In this document: positions 10,291 through 19,502 of the stretch, in pieces
Layout of the letters: every line of letters begins with the position of its first letter
How positions within the stretch are numbered: the first letter of the stretch is position 1
Assembly: GCA_035627515.1 (NCBI GenBank)
Contig: DASPLQ010000012.1
Span: 263,269 to 327,268 of the forward strand
Source of the DNA: Vitreimonas sp.
Lineage (GTDB): Bacteria > Patescibacteriota > Microgenomatia > UBA1400 > PJMF01
DNA length: 64,000 nt
Reading direction: 5' to 3'
Translations under genes and position numbers: made by a program
Notes under the pieces: generated by a model
Databases searched by the model: none
Told to the model about the DNA's origin: nothing
The model's input: the letters and a program-made list of their open reading frames with translations, nothing else

Positions 10291-11019
10291 AACAGGTGTG
10301 AGGTGGTAATGAATGGTGGAAAGCTTGAAACCTATTTTATATTCTTAATCTTACTGGGTATCACTAGACTTTAAAGTAGTATTAAAAATCATATGCTGCA
10401 TACTGCTTAAACATAGTATTGTTTCATGCCAGGTTTCAGTTTCAGGACATAATCCATTGTTTTCTAATAAGGTGTCATCAACTAAAGCGAGGGTTCTTTC
10501 AGCTTTTCTTAAGTTAAGTTGTAAATAAGCTAATTCCCATTGCTGTCGCCAGTGAGAAAGGGTGAAGATTAGTTCACTGATAATACCGCTAGCTACATTG
10601 TCCACAGATTTATTAAATAACGGATGTTCAATTATTTCCTCTATAATTTGTAGGCTAAGAACATCAAGGAGAGTATATAAAAATAAAGTTTTTTCACTTA
10701 AAGTTGAGGAGTTTTCTTGCTTGAGAAGATAATTTAAATACTCAGAAATTATCTCTGATGCTTCACTATAGTTATCTTTTACTGAAACAGTTTGAATAAT
10801 TCTCTGAATACGCTTTTCTCTAGTTATATCTTTATAGCTACGAAGCAGTAAAGGTGGCTTAGGAAAACTCTGAGAAATGTGAGCAAGAGTATGGAATATA
10901 AGACTTCTTAGCAGAAGTTTGCTGTTTTCATTACCCAGTTGGTCGAATTGATTATCTTTTTCTATCGTAGTTATTCTCCTGAATTACCTCCAAAATTTCA
11001 GTGAACTTGGTGGCAGAGA

Positions 11020-11580
11020 CTAGTATGATTTGAACATTTGCTTTAACACCTCTGTGTCATGTTCACTTAAGGGAAAGTTAATTCTTTTTAGTGTTCTGTC
11101 TTCTCTATCATGGATCCGGCACACTATCTCGAATTTAGTTTGGCTTCTCACTCTATAATCTCGTATTAATATAGCTGCTAAAAGCTCAGTACTCCCAAAG
11201 ATTGATCTAGGATTAGGTGACTTTTTTTCTGTTTTGAGGTGTAAGGCTAAAGCCGGGGCAATTCCTACTTCTTTAGGATCAGTTAAAAACAAATTTATAT
11301 CTTGAGATGACAGTAAATCGATAAGTTCTGGCGTATCAATTTCTATTCCACCTATGTATTCATGTTTCTCAAAAACAAATTTGAGACTGAGTGATAAAGT
11401 ATCTCTCTCAGTCCTTAAAAGAATAATTTCGCTATTACCTACCTTGATTCTAAAGTTATCAGGTGTGCTTTTAGATAATGATAACTCTGCCCACCACTTT
11501 AAGAGGGTATTAAAAAATAAGATGAGTTCTTTTTTTAGTGATATATCTCTATGAGGATTTTCTGAAGGATTATTCACCAT
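11020..11580 (-). CDS. hypothetical protein (low-GC islet)
   Basis: 186-aa ORF in an AT-rich region. No recognisable motifs. Confidence 0.35.
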   Translation of the reverse strand: MVNNPSENPHRDISLKKELILFFNTLLKWWAELSLSKSTPDNFRIKVGNSEIILLRTERDTLSLSLKFVFEKHEYIGGIEIDTPELIDLLSSQDINLFLTDPKEVGIAPALALHLKTEKKSPNPRSIFGSTELLAAILIRDYRVRSQTKFEIVCRIHDREDRTLKRINFPLSEHDTEVLKQMFKSY

Positions 11581-11604
11581 TTTCAGATTATATCAAAAAG
11601 AATC

Positions 11605-11871
11605 CTACGAAAGCTTATAACCCTTTTTCCACCGTGGAGCGAAGCCTGCCATAAAGGCAAATAAATGAGCTTTGATGCGGTTTTCACCACGAGCGACAAT
11701 CGCCGCAATCATGGCATTTTTAAATTCTTTGAAATCAGTGCCCTGATAGTTGAGTTTTCCGTCACTGAAGCAATAAGTGCAAAATTTTTCGTGTTCGCGA
11801 TTCTCGCCTTTAGGATCTTTTGAAAATGGCATCAAACAACTCTCACAATTTCCCTGTAAAGATTTTTTCAT
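11605..11871 (-). CDS. putative zinc-ribbon domain protein (Zn_ribbon_2-like); start placed at internal Met
   Basis: MKKSLQGNCESCLMPF...EKFCTYCFSDGKLNY fits the CxxC...CxYC pattern of the putative zinc ribbon domain family. The longer ORF 11605..12009 is also possible. Confidence 0.45.
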   Translation of the reverse strand: MKKSLQGNCESCLMPFSKDPKGENREHEKFCTYCFSDGKLNYQGTDFKEFKNAMIAAIVARGENRIKAHLFAFMAGFAPRWKKGYKLS

Positions 11872-11970
11872 ATAGAAGGAAGTATAACAAATGATCCAGT
11901 CGAGTTGCAGATCTGGAAGTGAAAACAACCCATTTTGACATAAAGACATATTTATGCTATATTCTGACAT

Positions 11971-12195
11971 ATGCAACTGATTAGAACCACTATTCGACTT
12001 CGTCCCCAACTTAAAAAGGCTGCTGAAATGAAAGCTTTAAAATTAAATATGACTTTCCAAGCCTTATTAGAAAAAGCTATCGAAGCCTATCTCTCTCAAG
12101 AGAGCCGACAACAAGCTCAAAAGCTAGTTTTTAAAGCCAGAGACCTAGGAACCCCTCTAGACCAGCTCGATCGAGAAGCTATCTATGCTGATTGA
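11971..12195 (+). CDS. vapB: VapB-type antitoxin (ribbon-helix-helix/CopG-like)
   Basis: Small ORF TIRLRPQLKKAAEMKALKLNMTFQALLEKAIEAYL. It overlaps the downstream PIN-domain gene by 11 nt. Confidence 0.55.
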   Translation: MQLIRTTIRLRPQLKKAAEMKALKLNMTFQALLEKAIEAYLSQESRQQAQKLVFKARDLGTPLDQLDREAIYAD

Positions 12196-12595
12196 TTCAA
12201 ATATTTTAATTTACTCTCTTAATCAAGCCTCACCTAAGTCTGTGGACTCACAAAAATTCCTTCAATCACAAACCCACATAGTTTTTGCTCAGCAAAATAT
12301 TTTTGAAACTTTGAGAATTTTGACTCATACCAAGTTTCCTAACCCTTTCTCTGTTAAGGAGGCTACTGAAGCTGTCCGGGCTCTAACTGACCAAGCCACG
12401 GTTATTTTTCCTACTTTGGAAACCTACGATTTAGCCTTGGAATTAATTCGAAAATATCAAATTACAGGCACTGAAATTTTTGATGCTTATTTAGTAGCCA
12501 CCGCTCTCAGCAACGGCATTGAAAAAATTGCTTCTGATAATACTAAACACTTACAGAAGTATAACGAAATAAAAGTGGTGAATCCTTTTAACTAA
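12185..12595 (+). CDS. vapC: VapC PIN-domain ribonuclease toxin
   Basis: MLIDSNILIY (PIN Asp-4 region)...FDAYLVATAL...ASDN. Classic PIN acidic residues. Confidence 0.7.
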   Translation: MLIDSNILIYSLNQASPKSVDSQKFLQSQTHIVFAQQNIFETLRILTHTKFPNPFSVKEATEAVRALTDQATVIFPTLETYDLALELIRKYQITGTEIFDAYLVATALSNGIEKIASDNTKHLQKYNEIKVVNPFN

Positions 12596-12630
12596 TCTGC
12601 AGGGACTTGTGGAGGATGTAGGAAGCTCTT

Positions 12631-13008
12631 TTAACGATCTCTCAATACAAATGTCATACTAAGTGAGTCGCCTAAGTTGAGGTTTTCCTTTTTTCTCACC
12701 TTGGCAGGCAAGGCAATAAAGTGTGTGCCGTCACCCATTGGTAATAGTGAGGTGTTCCAACTACTTCCTCCAGCTGTCGCTGTAATAGCCACCAAACCTC
12801 TGTCTGCTACATCTTTAGTTAGTTCAGTATATTTCTTGGGAACCCGAACAAAAAACCAACCCCCTTTTTGAGGAAAGAGCTCAATTTCACCTTTTACTGT
12901 AAAAACTTCTTCCTTATCAACTATTATTGGTGATTTGATCATAATTTGGTCCCTACTACTTAATGATATACTTAATCCGGTGAAAAAAGTAACCAGTCTT
13001 GAATACAT
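12631..13008 (-). CDS. DUF1905-like small protein (real start probably internal, near 12942)
   Basis: GGWFFVRVPKKYTELT....GLVAITATAGGSSWNTSLLPMGDGTHFIALPAKVRK resembles DUF1905 (YdeI/OmpD-associated) proteins. Confidence 0.4.
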   Translation of the reverse strand: MYSRLVTFFTGLSISLSSRDQIMIKSPIIVDKEEVFTVKGEIELFPQKGGWFFVRVPKKYTELTKDVADRGLVAITATAGGSSWNTSLLPMGDGTHFIALPAKVRKKENLNLGDSLSMTFVLRDR

Positions 13009-14398
13009 AAAAGCTTTTACTAAAGACTATATAGCTCTCCTGGTATGTGGGTTGATCGGCGTTGGCATAGTGACAGTGAGTTACTTTGCTCGGTTAGATG
13101 GATCGCGATCATCAACTGATGCATATGTTCCTTTGCATTTAACTCCTGTGGAAGTGGCAGTTTTACTTCAGAAACCTGACTCAACCAAAGTTCTCAGATT
13201 AAGTTCAGATAAGGTAACTGTAGGGACAACTGTTTACCCCTTGAAGCTAACTGAGCCACCACTCGATTCATCACCTTCCTTAGTCAAGTATAAAGGCACC
13301 TTTTATTGGCTTGGGTCTAACTCTTGGGAAAAGTACTATGCTATTTACACCGTGCCTAAGTCAGATCTGGAACGTGAATTGGATAGAACAGTTACGAAGG
13401 AAGAAATAGATACTGAATATTTTGTTAATCATAGAGTGTCTCTGGTTTCAGAGCACGTCTGGTTTTATCTCATTTTTGAGAGTGTTGTTATAGGTGGAAT
13501 TTTATATTGGTATTGGTGGTTGGTTTACCGAGTATTGAAAAAAAGAATTTCCTGGTGGCTATTCATTCCAGGCTTCACTTTGTCTGGAATATTCGTTTTC
13601 ATTACGGTGCTTATTTACTCACCGGCATTTTTTGACGGTGATTTTTTCTACCAGCGGATTGTATTAGAGGAACTATTCATACTTTCTTTTTTTACTACCC
13701 CACTCCTCTTTTTTTTGAGTGTTATCTGCTGCTTGATTTGGGGTATTTTATATATGTTCCAACCGACAGGAAATTTAAAGTTAGCAAAAACGCATAATTA
13801 TAAAGTTGCCGGGGTGTTATTATTCATAATCTGCCTGCAGCTACTGATAGATTATCGTAGTTTTGTCTCTGAGCGTACCTATACAAACCAAGCCTTAACT
13901 GCCATAGTCAATGATTTAGATACTGCTACGCTTCAGCAAATTAAACAACATCCTTTTTTAAACACCGCCCCAGAAACTGAGAACTTATATTATAAGCAAT
14001 TACCGGACGAATTAAGTGACATATTTGCATCTCTAACAAAGAGTGAGTATGCTGTGCGAGGAAATAGTGTTTCTATCAGCATCGGTTTGCTGGGAGAAGA
14101 AAAAGGATTATTTTTGTGGAATCGTCCTGATTCACTTTCTTATGCTGATGTTAGAACACCTTTCCCAGATCCAGCATTAGCTCCTGTGGTAAAAACTCCC
14201 AACTTAAGAAAAGCTATTTATGAAAAAACTGCGTATCAAACTTCTTTTATACGATATTTGTCTAGACCTTATGTAGCTAGTAAAGTGATTAGTGATGAAG
14301 ATGGGTCTGTTCAAGCAATTGTTGTGAGTCATTCTGAATTTGATTCCAAGAGATTTTCGCTATTTAGAGTCATTGCTTCCCTGCTCTGGTTTTGGTAA
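12935..14398 (+). CDS. hypothetical polytopic membrane protein (487 aa)
   Basis: Multiple TM helices in the middle (residues about 170-310) with soluble N- and C-terminal domains. No motifs. Confidence 0.45.
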   Translation: MIIIWSLLLNDILNPVKKVTSLEYIKAFTKDYIALLVCGLIGVGIVTVSYFARLDGSRSSTDAYVPLHLTPVEVAVLLQKPDSTKVLRLSSDKVTVGTTVYPLKLTEPPLDSSPSLVKYKGTFYWLGSNSWEKYYAIYTVPKSDLERELDRTVTKEEIDTEYFVNHRVSLVSEHVWFYLIFESVVIGGILYWYWWLVYRVLKKRISWWLFIPGFTLSGIFVFITVLIYSPAFFDGDFFYQRIVLEELFILSFFTTPLLFFLSVICCLIWGILYMFQPTGNLKLAKTHNYKVAGVLLFIICLQLLIDYRSFVSERTYTNQALTAIVNDLDTATLQQIKQHPFLNTAPETENLYYKQLPDELSDIFASLTKSEYAVRGNSVSISIGLLGEEKGLFLWNRPDSLSYADVRTPFPDPALAPVVKTPNLRKAIYEKTAYQTSFIRYLSRPYVASKVISDEDGSVQAIVVSHSEFDSKRFSLFRVIASLLWFW

Positions 14399-14457
14399 AT
14401 TAACCCTTCACGTAAGTTAGGAATGCCAGGAACTGGTAAACGACATGAGAAGCTATT

Positions 14458-14781
14458 TTATTTCTTAGAAGCAAACACCATTTTTGCTCTTTGGTCTTCC
14501 CACTCCAGTAAAAAGCCATTTCTTTCCAAAACAGTTTGAGACCAGCTATTTATAAGTACGTACATAATTTCAACTTCATATATATTTCTTGGTAAAAGAA
14601 AAAGACCAGCTACCAGTTGCAGTTTTATATTTCTTACGAAGTATATTTCAGTTGCTCTATGTGCTCCTAACAAAGCTATCCCTTGCTGCGACCAAGCTTT
14701 TTCTAAAACCCTATAGTCTCGGTCATGTTTAACTATACCTCTAGGAAAATTAATTCTATTTAAGACAAATTCGTAAGACAT
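14458..14781 (-). CDS. hypothetical protein, translationally coupled partner of 14781..15245
   Basis: 107-aa ORF. Its start overlaps the stop of the upstream gene by 1 nt. Confidence 0.35.
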   Translation of the reverse strand: MSYEFVLNRINFPRGIVKHDRDYRVLEKAWSQQGIALLGAHRATEIYFVRNIKLQLVAGLFLLPRNIYEVEIMYVLINSWSQTVLERNGFLLEWEDQRAKMVFASKK

Positions 14782-15245
14782 TATTTCAGAAGAATGATTC
14801 TTTCTTTAACACGCTCTAAATCATAGGTTACTCCCTGCCAACCTGCTCTTCTAGCCTTTTGAGAAAGTGGCTTTCTAGGTATAAACATTTCAGGAGTTTG
14901 CAATTCAGCAGGCAGATATAGAACTGAGTACTTAGGCTGTTTTATAGCAATAGTATTTTTATCAATTAGAACAATGAATAAAGAAAAATAACGGCCATCA
15001 TCCATTCGTTCTTTTAGCGGTTCCCAAGCTGCTCCAATAATTTTTTTAGGTACAGTTGTTATATCAGTGGTTGAAACCGTTTTAACCTGAGCTAAATAGC
15101 CGCAGTAGTCACAAATGATGTCTGCACATTTGAAGTTTTGACGCAACTCTTTGAGGGTTTTATGTTTTTTGCAGCTTGGGCAAGGCAATGTCTTGGCGAT
15201 TAGTTTTTCACCCAGTGTTCCCAGTAATTGTTTTGAAGTCGGCAC
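14781..15245 (-). CDS. putative nuclease-like protein with embedded CxxC...CxxC zinc ribbon
   Basis: N-terminal GTLGEKLIAK (a G-x-GE pattern like YraN/Mrr-type PD-(D/E)xK N-termini), then CPSCKK...CDYCG. Sits immediately downstream of tRNA-Trp. Confidence 0.3.
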   Translation of the reverse strand: MPTSKQLLGTLGEKLIAKTLPCPSCKKHKTLKELRQNFKCADIICDYCGYLAQVKTVSTTDITTVPKKIIGAAWEPLKERMDDGRYFSLFIVLIDKNTIAIKQPKYSVLYLPAELQTPEMFIPRKPLSQKARRAGWQGVTYDLERVKERIILLK

Positions 15246-15274
15246 AAAAAGATTATATCAAAAAGCATCATCTG

Positions 15275-15345
15275 CAGGGACGTCAGGATTCGAACCTGAA
15301 AAAGCAGTTTTGGAGACTGCTGTGATACCATTTCACCACGCCCCT
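15275..15345 (-). tRNA. trnW: tRNA-Trp (anticodon CCA)
   Basis: The reverse complement gives a cloverleaf: acceptor AGGGGCG/CGTCCCT, D-stem GTGA/TCAC, anticodon stem GCAGT/ACTGC with loop CTCCAAA, T-arm TCAGG-TTCGAAT-CCTGA. Confidence 0.7.
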
Positions 15346-15787
15346 AAGTTTGTTCCATCAACATCTTATACTTCCACGAACCAGCTTCTTTTGCTGTTTT
15401 CCTTCTGTGACAATTAGCACAGCGCACTTCACATTTTTCGATTTCTTTTTCACAGGTTTGTACAGAATGTCTATTTCTGTACATTTGAGCAATTCCCCAT
15501 TTTTTATCTCTTAAATGATCAAAATCTAAAACCAGGATATCCTTCTCACCACAATCCTTGCACTTTGATTGAGATAGTTTATTGAAAAGGTATTTAGATA
15601 AAACTTCTCGTTGCTTTTGGTTCCATGTAAAAGCTTTAGCAATATACTTTTTCTTGTTATTTGAATAATGCTGTTTTCTATATGCAGAATGGCAATCTTT
15701 ACAAATCGTGTGCCTAATATCTTTTCCTTTATTTTTTAAGGAAAATGCCTCCGGACCCTTTTCAAGATAACATTTATTACAGAGCAT
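15344..15787 (-). CDS. HNH homing-type endonuclease
   Basis: DFDHLRDK...CANCHRRKT (HNH motif) plus N-terminal Cys pairs. Its stop codon abuts or overlaps the 5' end of tRNA-Trp. Confidence 0.6.
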   Translation of the reverse strand: MLCNKCYLEKGPEAFSLKNKGKDIRHTICKDCHSAYRKQHYSNNKKKYIAKAFTWNQKQREVLSKYLFNKLSQSKCKDCGEKDILVLDFDHLRDKKWGIAQMYRNRHSVQTCEKEIEKCEVRCANCHRRKTAKEAGSWKYKMLMEQT

Positions 15788-15930
15788 AAAATGCTTCCAA
15801 AATTAATTGCTAAGTGTCCGGCAGTTCACAAGCAAAACAGTATTTAGTTAAAGAGCTGTAGCGTATTATACGAGGCAGACTGAGTTTGATCAATTTTCAA
15901 TCTCATCTTTTGGGACTACAATGAATTCCT

Positions 15931-17241
15931 ATGCCACGTTTAGATCCTCAGCTGGAAGCTCTGTTAGAACAAGATAAATTACATCTGGAAAATACCCAAA
16001 TTCCCATGGTGACCGTTTCGGCTACCTTTCGGGAGGATTTGAAGGGTTGGTATGGTTTAGCTGAGGACGACAACATCCCTGACGTCGTCCTCTCTCGAGC
16101 ACACTTCAGTATGGCTATGGGCGTGGCCATCGAGGCCTGGGGTAAAAAAGTAAATCCTGATAAAGCTTGGCTGGTGGATCCCACTAACTATGTCTCCAGC
16201 CGGGACTGGAAAAGTTTGCAGCTCACCCAAAGCGTAGGCCGTCTCCTCGCTCGCCAACCGCTCCTCAAAATGGTCAAAGATGTCATCGATCGCTTCGGGA
16301 GGCAAAAATTGCCCATTTTAAAAAGTATTACGCCACCAATCGTGCATTTATTTGAACGAGTTGATAAGCCTGTTTTGTCTTTGCACATCGCCGCCGGCAA
16401 CATTTTAGTAGAGCATGGTAAACACGTTATTCAAGTCATCACCGACCCTCATGTTCGGGATGATTATTTGACCAATGCTGACAATTCCAGGATCACCTTT
16501 TGTGTTTTTGATGACCGCACTAAATTGGAGTTTTTAGAAAAAGCAGCGGTGAGAGGTTTGAAAGTTGATCCTGATAAAGTCATCGTCACCGGTCCTCCAC
16601 TCGATCCCCGCGTTCGTGAGCAACGCTTTCATAAATCAGCCTGGAAAGGCCATCGGCCACTGCGCCTGTGCATCACTACGGGCGGTCTCGGCACCAACAA
16701 AGATGAAATTCACCGTATTTTGGAACAAATGTTGCCGGAGTTGCGACGACAACACCCCCTCTACCAAATCCTGGTCTATGCCGGCACCCAAACTGATATC
16801 GCCAAAATGAGCCGAGATCTAGCTCACCAGCACCGGGTTAAGATTGGTGGTCAAAGTGATGCTCGTGCTCTATTCAGAATTTTGTATCATCCCCAGATTG
16901 TCGATGCCAACGAACTCCTGATCGAATATGGCTTCCCCTGGGCGGATGGTTTCATCAGTAAACCCTCGGGCGACATGGCCTACGACGCCGCTGCCGCTGG
17001 CTGCTTCCTACTCACTTTAGCTGAATGGGGTGAATGGGAACACAATATCCGTGAAATTTTTGTCCAAAAAGGCATTGCTCAGAAAGCCGAGACCGATCAC
17101 ATTGTGGCTCAACTCAGCGTCTTAACACAGAGAATTGATGACTCTAACTGGGTAGAAAATGCCCAGTGCGCTGCCCTGGAAATTGATGAGTTATTCCTCA
17201 ATGGAAGTCAGAAAATTTTAGCCAGCGTGCTTGAGCGGTAA
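15931..17241 (+). CDS. GT28-family glycosyltransferase (MGDG synthase/UgtP-like diacylglycerol glycosyltransferase)
   Basis: The C-terminal SKPSGDMAYDAAAAGCFLLTLAEWGEWEHNIREIFVQKGIA matches the GT28 C-terminal UDP-sugar binding pattern (PGG.T..EA...G.P......QE..N). The gene is visibly more GC-rich than its neighbours. Confidence 0.5.
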   Translation: MPRLDPQLEALLEQDKLHLENTQIPMVTVSATFREDLKGWYGLAEDDNIPDVVLSRAHFSMAMGVAIEAWGKKVNPDKAWLVDPTNYVSSRDWKSLQLTQSVGRLLARQPLLKMVKDVIDRFGRQKLPILKSITPPIVHLFERVDKPVLSLHIAAGNILVEHGKHVIQVITDPHVRDDYLTNADNSRITFCVFDDRTKLEFLEKAAVRGLKVDPDKVIVTGPPLDPRVREQRFHKSAWKGHRPLRLCITTGGLGTNKDEIHRILEQMLPELRRQHPLYQILVYAGTQTDIAKMSRDLAHQHRVKIGGQSDARALFRILYHPQIVDANELLIEYGFPWADGFISKPSGDMAYDAAAAGCFLLTLAEWGEWEHNIREIFVQKGIAQKAETDHIVAQLSVLTQRIDDSNWVENAQCAALEIDELFLNGSQKILASVLER

Positions 17242-18357
17242 CGGGAACTGAGCCGGTTCAGATTGAGGCGCTGGCACCCCCTGCGACATTTCAGCATACG
17301 TCTCTAACGCCAGAATGATGTGCTCGCGATCTTTATTACGTTGTTGCTCATCCATCTCACTATATGGTTTCTTTTGAATTAAATGAACTGGATCTTGGCT
17401 ATCTTTTATCCAATTCCAATTGCGCTCTAACCACTTGATATGGATCTGCTCAGCTAACTCCTCCACCAACTGCCAATCAACTTTTCGACCGGCTTCCAGA
17501 GCAGTATGTACTAAATTAAATGCGAGCTCGGCTGCCAAATTATTTTCACGCTGTTGATCTTCAGATAGCTCTTCATTTTTCAAGTTCATGATGTCCACTT
17601 CAAAACCCTGAGACGTTTCCTTCCACTTCCCTGGGAACATATCAGCTGGAAACTTGGCTTTAGTCTGAGCGATGTACTCTTGATCAACTTGGCGTTGCCT
17701 GTCACCTTCATCACCTTCTGCATATTTACCTCGAACGGGCTTATAACGGTTGGCACGAGGGTCACTCATTTGCCAAGAGTGATGAATTTTATTGGCTAAC
17801 ACGGTTTTTACGTGCTGCTGAAAACCTGGGTCGGCAATCGGTTTTTCGAGCTGAGCGCCAACTGCTTTTGTTCGAGCTTGGTATTCTTGGGCCCGCATCT
17901 CATCCAACTCCACTGCTAAACGTAGTGCATCGTTTAACCCTACGGCAGCCAGCTGTTTAGAAAGCGTTGTCATTTTTAGATCCAAAACTTTTAGTTGTTC
18001 GCCATCCATCTCAGACCATTGCGAACTAAACTTCATTAAATTGGGTAGTTCATTGAGAGTCCGCATCAGGATTTGTTCCTGCTTCTTTTTGGTTTGAAAC
18101 TTGTCATCATTATCGCGGACGTGTGTGTCAGGGTGGAGCCAGGCAGGCATTTTGAAACGTGAGATGGCGCGCGATTCGTGTTTGAGTTGTTGGCGTGGAA
18201 GTAGTTTTTCACGCTCTTGAATTAAGAGTGCCATGTCACGGCGCACTTCCAGCAATTTTTGTTGAAGGTGGGTACGAAAATCGAGCCACTTCGGCGATTC
18301 CGTAGCTTGAGATTGTGTGAGTTCAGGAATAAAAATGTGCGCTTCATCACTTACCAT
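17218..18357 (-). CDS. hypothetical protein with C-terminal RyR-like domain
   Basis: AEQIHIKWLERNWNW...KKPYSEMDEQQRNKDREHI resembles the bacterial RyR domain signature (..H..W...GW....pY.eL.e..K..dR). Convergent with the GT28 gene, with a 24-nt overlap. Confidence 0.4.
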   Translation of the reverse strand: MVSDEAHIFIPELTQSQATESPKWLDFRTHLQQKLLEVRRDMALLIQEREKLLPRQQLKHESRAISRFKMPAWLHPDTHVRDNDDKFQTKKKQEQILMRTLNELPNLMKFSSQWSEMDGEQLKVLDLKMTTLSKQLAAVGLNDALRLAVELDEMRAQEYQARTKAVGAQLEKPIADPGFQQHVKTVLANKIHHSWQMSDPRANRYKPVRGKYAEGDEGDRQRQVDQEYIAQTKAKFPADMFPGKWKETSQGFEVDIMNLKNEELSEDQQRENNLAAELAFNLVHTALEAGRKVDWQLVEELAEQIHIKWLERNWNWIKDSQDPVHLIQKKPYSEMDEQQRNKDREHIILALETYAEMSQGVPAPQSEPAQFPLPLKHAG

Positions 18358-18395
18358 GTAGTTATGGTATCACATCTGGAAGAAAGAGCGAAAAC

Positions 18396-18599
18396 TTATT
18401 TTAATTTCTTGCTCATGACGTGCTCAGTGCTCTTTTGGCAACGTTTGCAGTACTTCATGAGAGGAAAGGTGGATTCACCAGTAGTTTGTTTTTTGAGTTG
18501 TTCGTTTTGTTTGTTGTACTCAGTAATGTAATTAAAGTTGTTACAGACTTTACATTTTAAGCCAGTTGCTTGACGTGGGCCTTTTTTCTTTTTTGCCAT
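18396..18599 (-). CDS. rpmG: 50S ribosomal protein L33
   Basis: MAKKKKG...LKCKVCNNFNY...KYCKRCQKSTEH: zinc-ribbon L33 signature. Confidence 0.8.
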   Translation of the reverse strand: MAKKKKGPRQATGLKCKVCNNFNYITEYNKQNEQLKKQTTGESTFPLMKYCKRCQKSTEHVMSKKLK

Positions 18600-18682
18600 A
18601 GATACCTTACTTTAAAAATGGTCGCTATTTGAAATCTGCATCTTTTGCAGAAGCGTAGTATACACAATCAGAGTGATTTTAT

Positions 18683-19297
18683 CTAGTCAGCCTTCTGGGT
18701 GGCGTTCTCAGGTGAGTTGGCTTTTATAAAGTGTAAGCCAAGACCAACCTCAGGATGAGCAACTGCAACTTCTAAAGTAAGCACGCGCACATCTTCACCT
18801 AAAAAGCGGGTATCTATTGCCACTATCTCTCCCCCCTCGAGTGGATAAAGATATCTTTCAAACTGTGGGTGCTGGCGCAACTGACTAAAAGGTGTGCCGG
18901 CAGCGACATTTGGAAGTGGTTGCAAGAGTACAGAGTGCTCATTTTTCGCAATAGTAGTCACACTTTTACCCATATTTACCAGACACACCTTATCTTTTTG
19001 AGTTAAAAAAGCAAGGTGATAACGGCTAATCTGACTATTCGCCATTTTGCCATACAGATATTTCCATCGTTCATCCTCGACATCTGTCTTATCTCCAACT
19101 TTAACCCCTGCCCGCCCTATTTGCAGACCTTGAGTTAGCTCGCTTGGAGTAAAAACAATGTCACTGGTTCGAAAAATTTCCTTGAGAAGTCCTTTTTGGT
19201 GGAGCAACAACGTTGTTTCTGGATCTAAAAGATCTGTCATCAACGGATCTCCAAGAAATACAGATTCAATTGAGGGCTTTACTTGTATTCTTTCCAT
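18683..19297 (-). CDS. hypothetical protein, possible FHA-like fold
   Basis: The segment ISRYHLAFLTQKDKVCLVNMGKSVTTI loosely resembles an FHA core (SR.H......L.D.GS.NGT). Weak. Confidence 0.3.
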   Translation of the reverse strand: MERIQVKPSIESVFLGDPLMTDLLDPETTLLLHQKGLLKEIFRTSDIVFTPSELTQGLQIGRAGVKVGDKTDVEDERWKYLYGKMANSQISRYHLAFLTQKDKVCLVNMGKSVTTIAKNEHSVLLQPLPNVAAGTPFSQLRQHPQFERYLYPLEGGEIVAIDTRFLGEDVRVLTLEVAVAHPEVGLGLHFIKANSPENATQKAD

Positions 19298-19399
19298 AAC
19301 AACAAAAGATTGTACACATTAACTACATATAAATGAAGTCCAAATAAGGCTTGAGTCAGCCGAGAAAAAAGAGGAATCTAGCCTGAAAGAAAGCTTTGG

Positions 19400-19473
19400 A
19401 GCCTTCTCAGGGATTCGAACCCTGGACCTCCTGTTTACAAAACAGGCGCTCTAACCAGCTGAGCTAAGAAGGC
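19400..19473 (-). tRNA. trnT: tRNA-Thr (anticodon TGT)
   Basis: The reverse complement gives GCCTTCT-TA-GCTC..GAGC-G-CCTGT-TTTGTAA-ACAGG-AGGTC-CAGGG-TTCGAAT-CCCTG-AGAAGGC-T. Confidence 0.75.
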
Positions 19474-19502
19474 AAAGATCAGAAGCAGATTATAGCAAAC
19501 TA

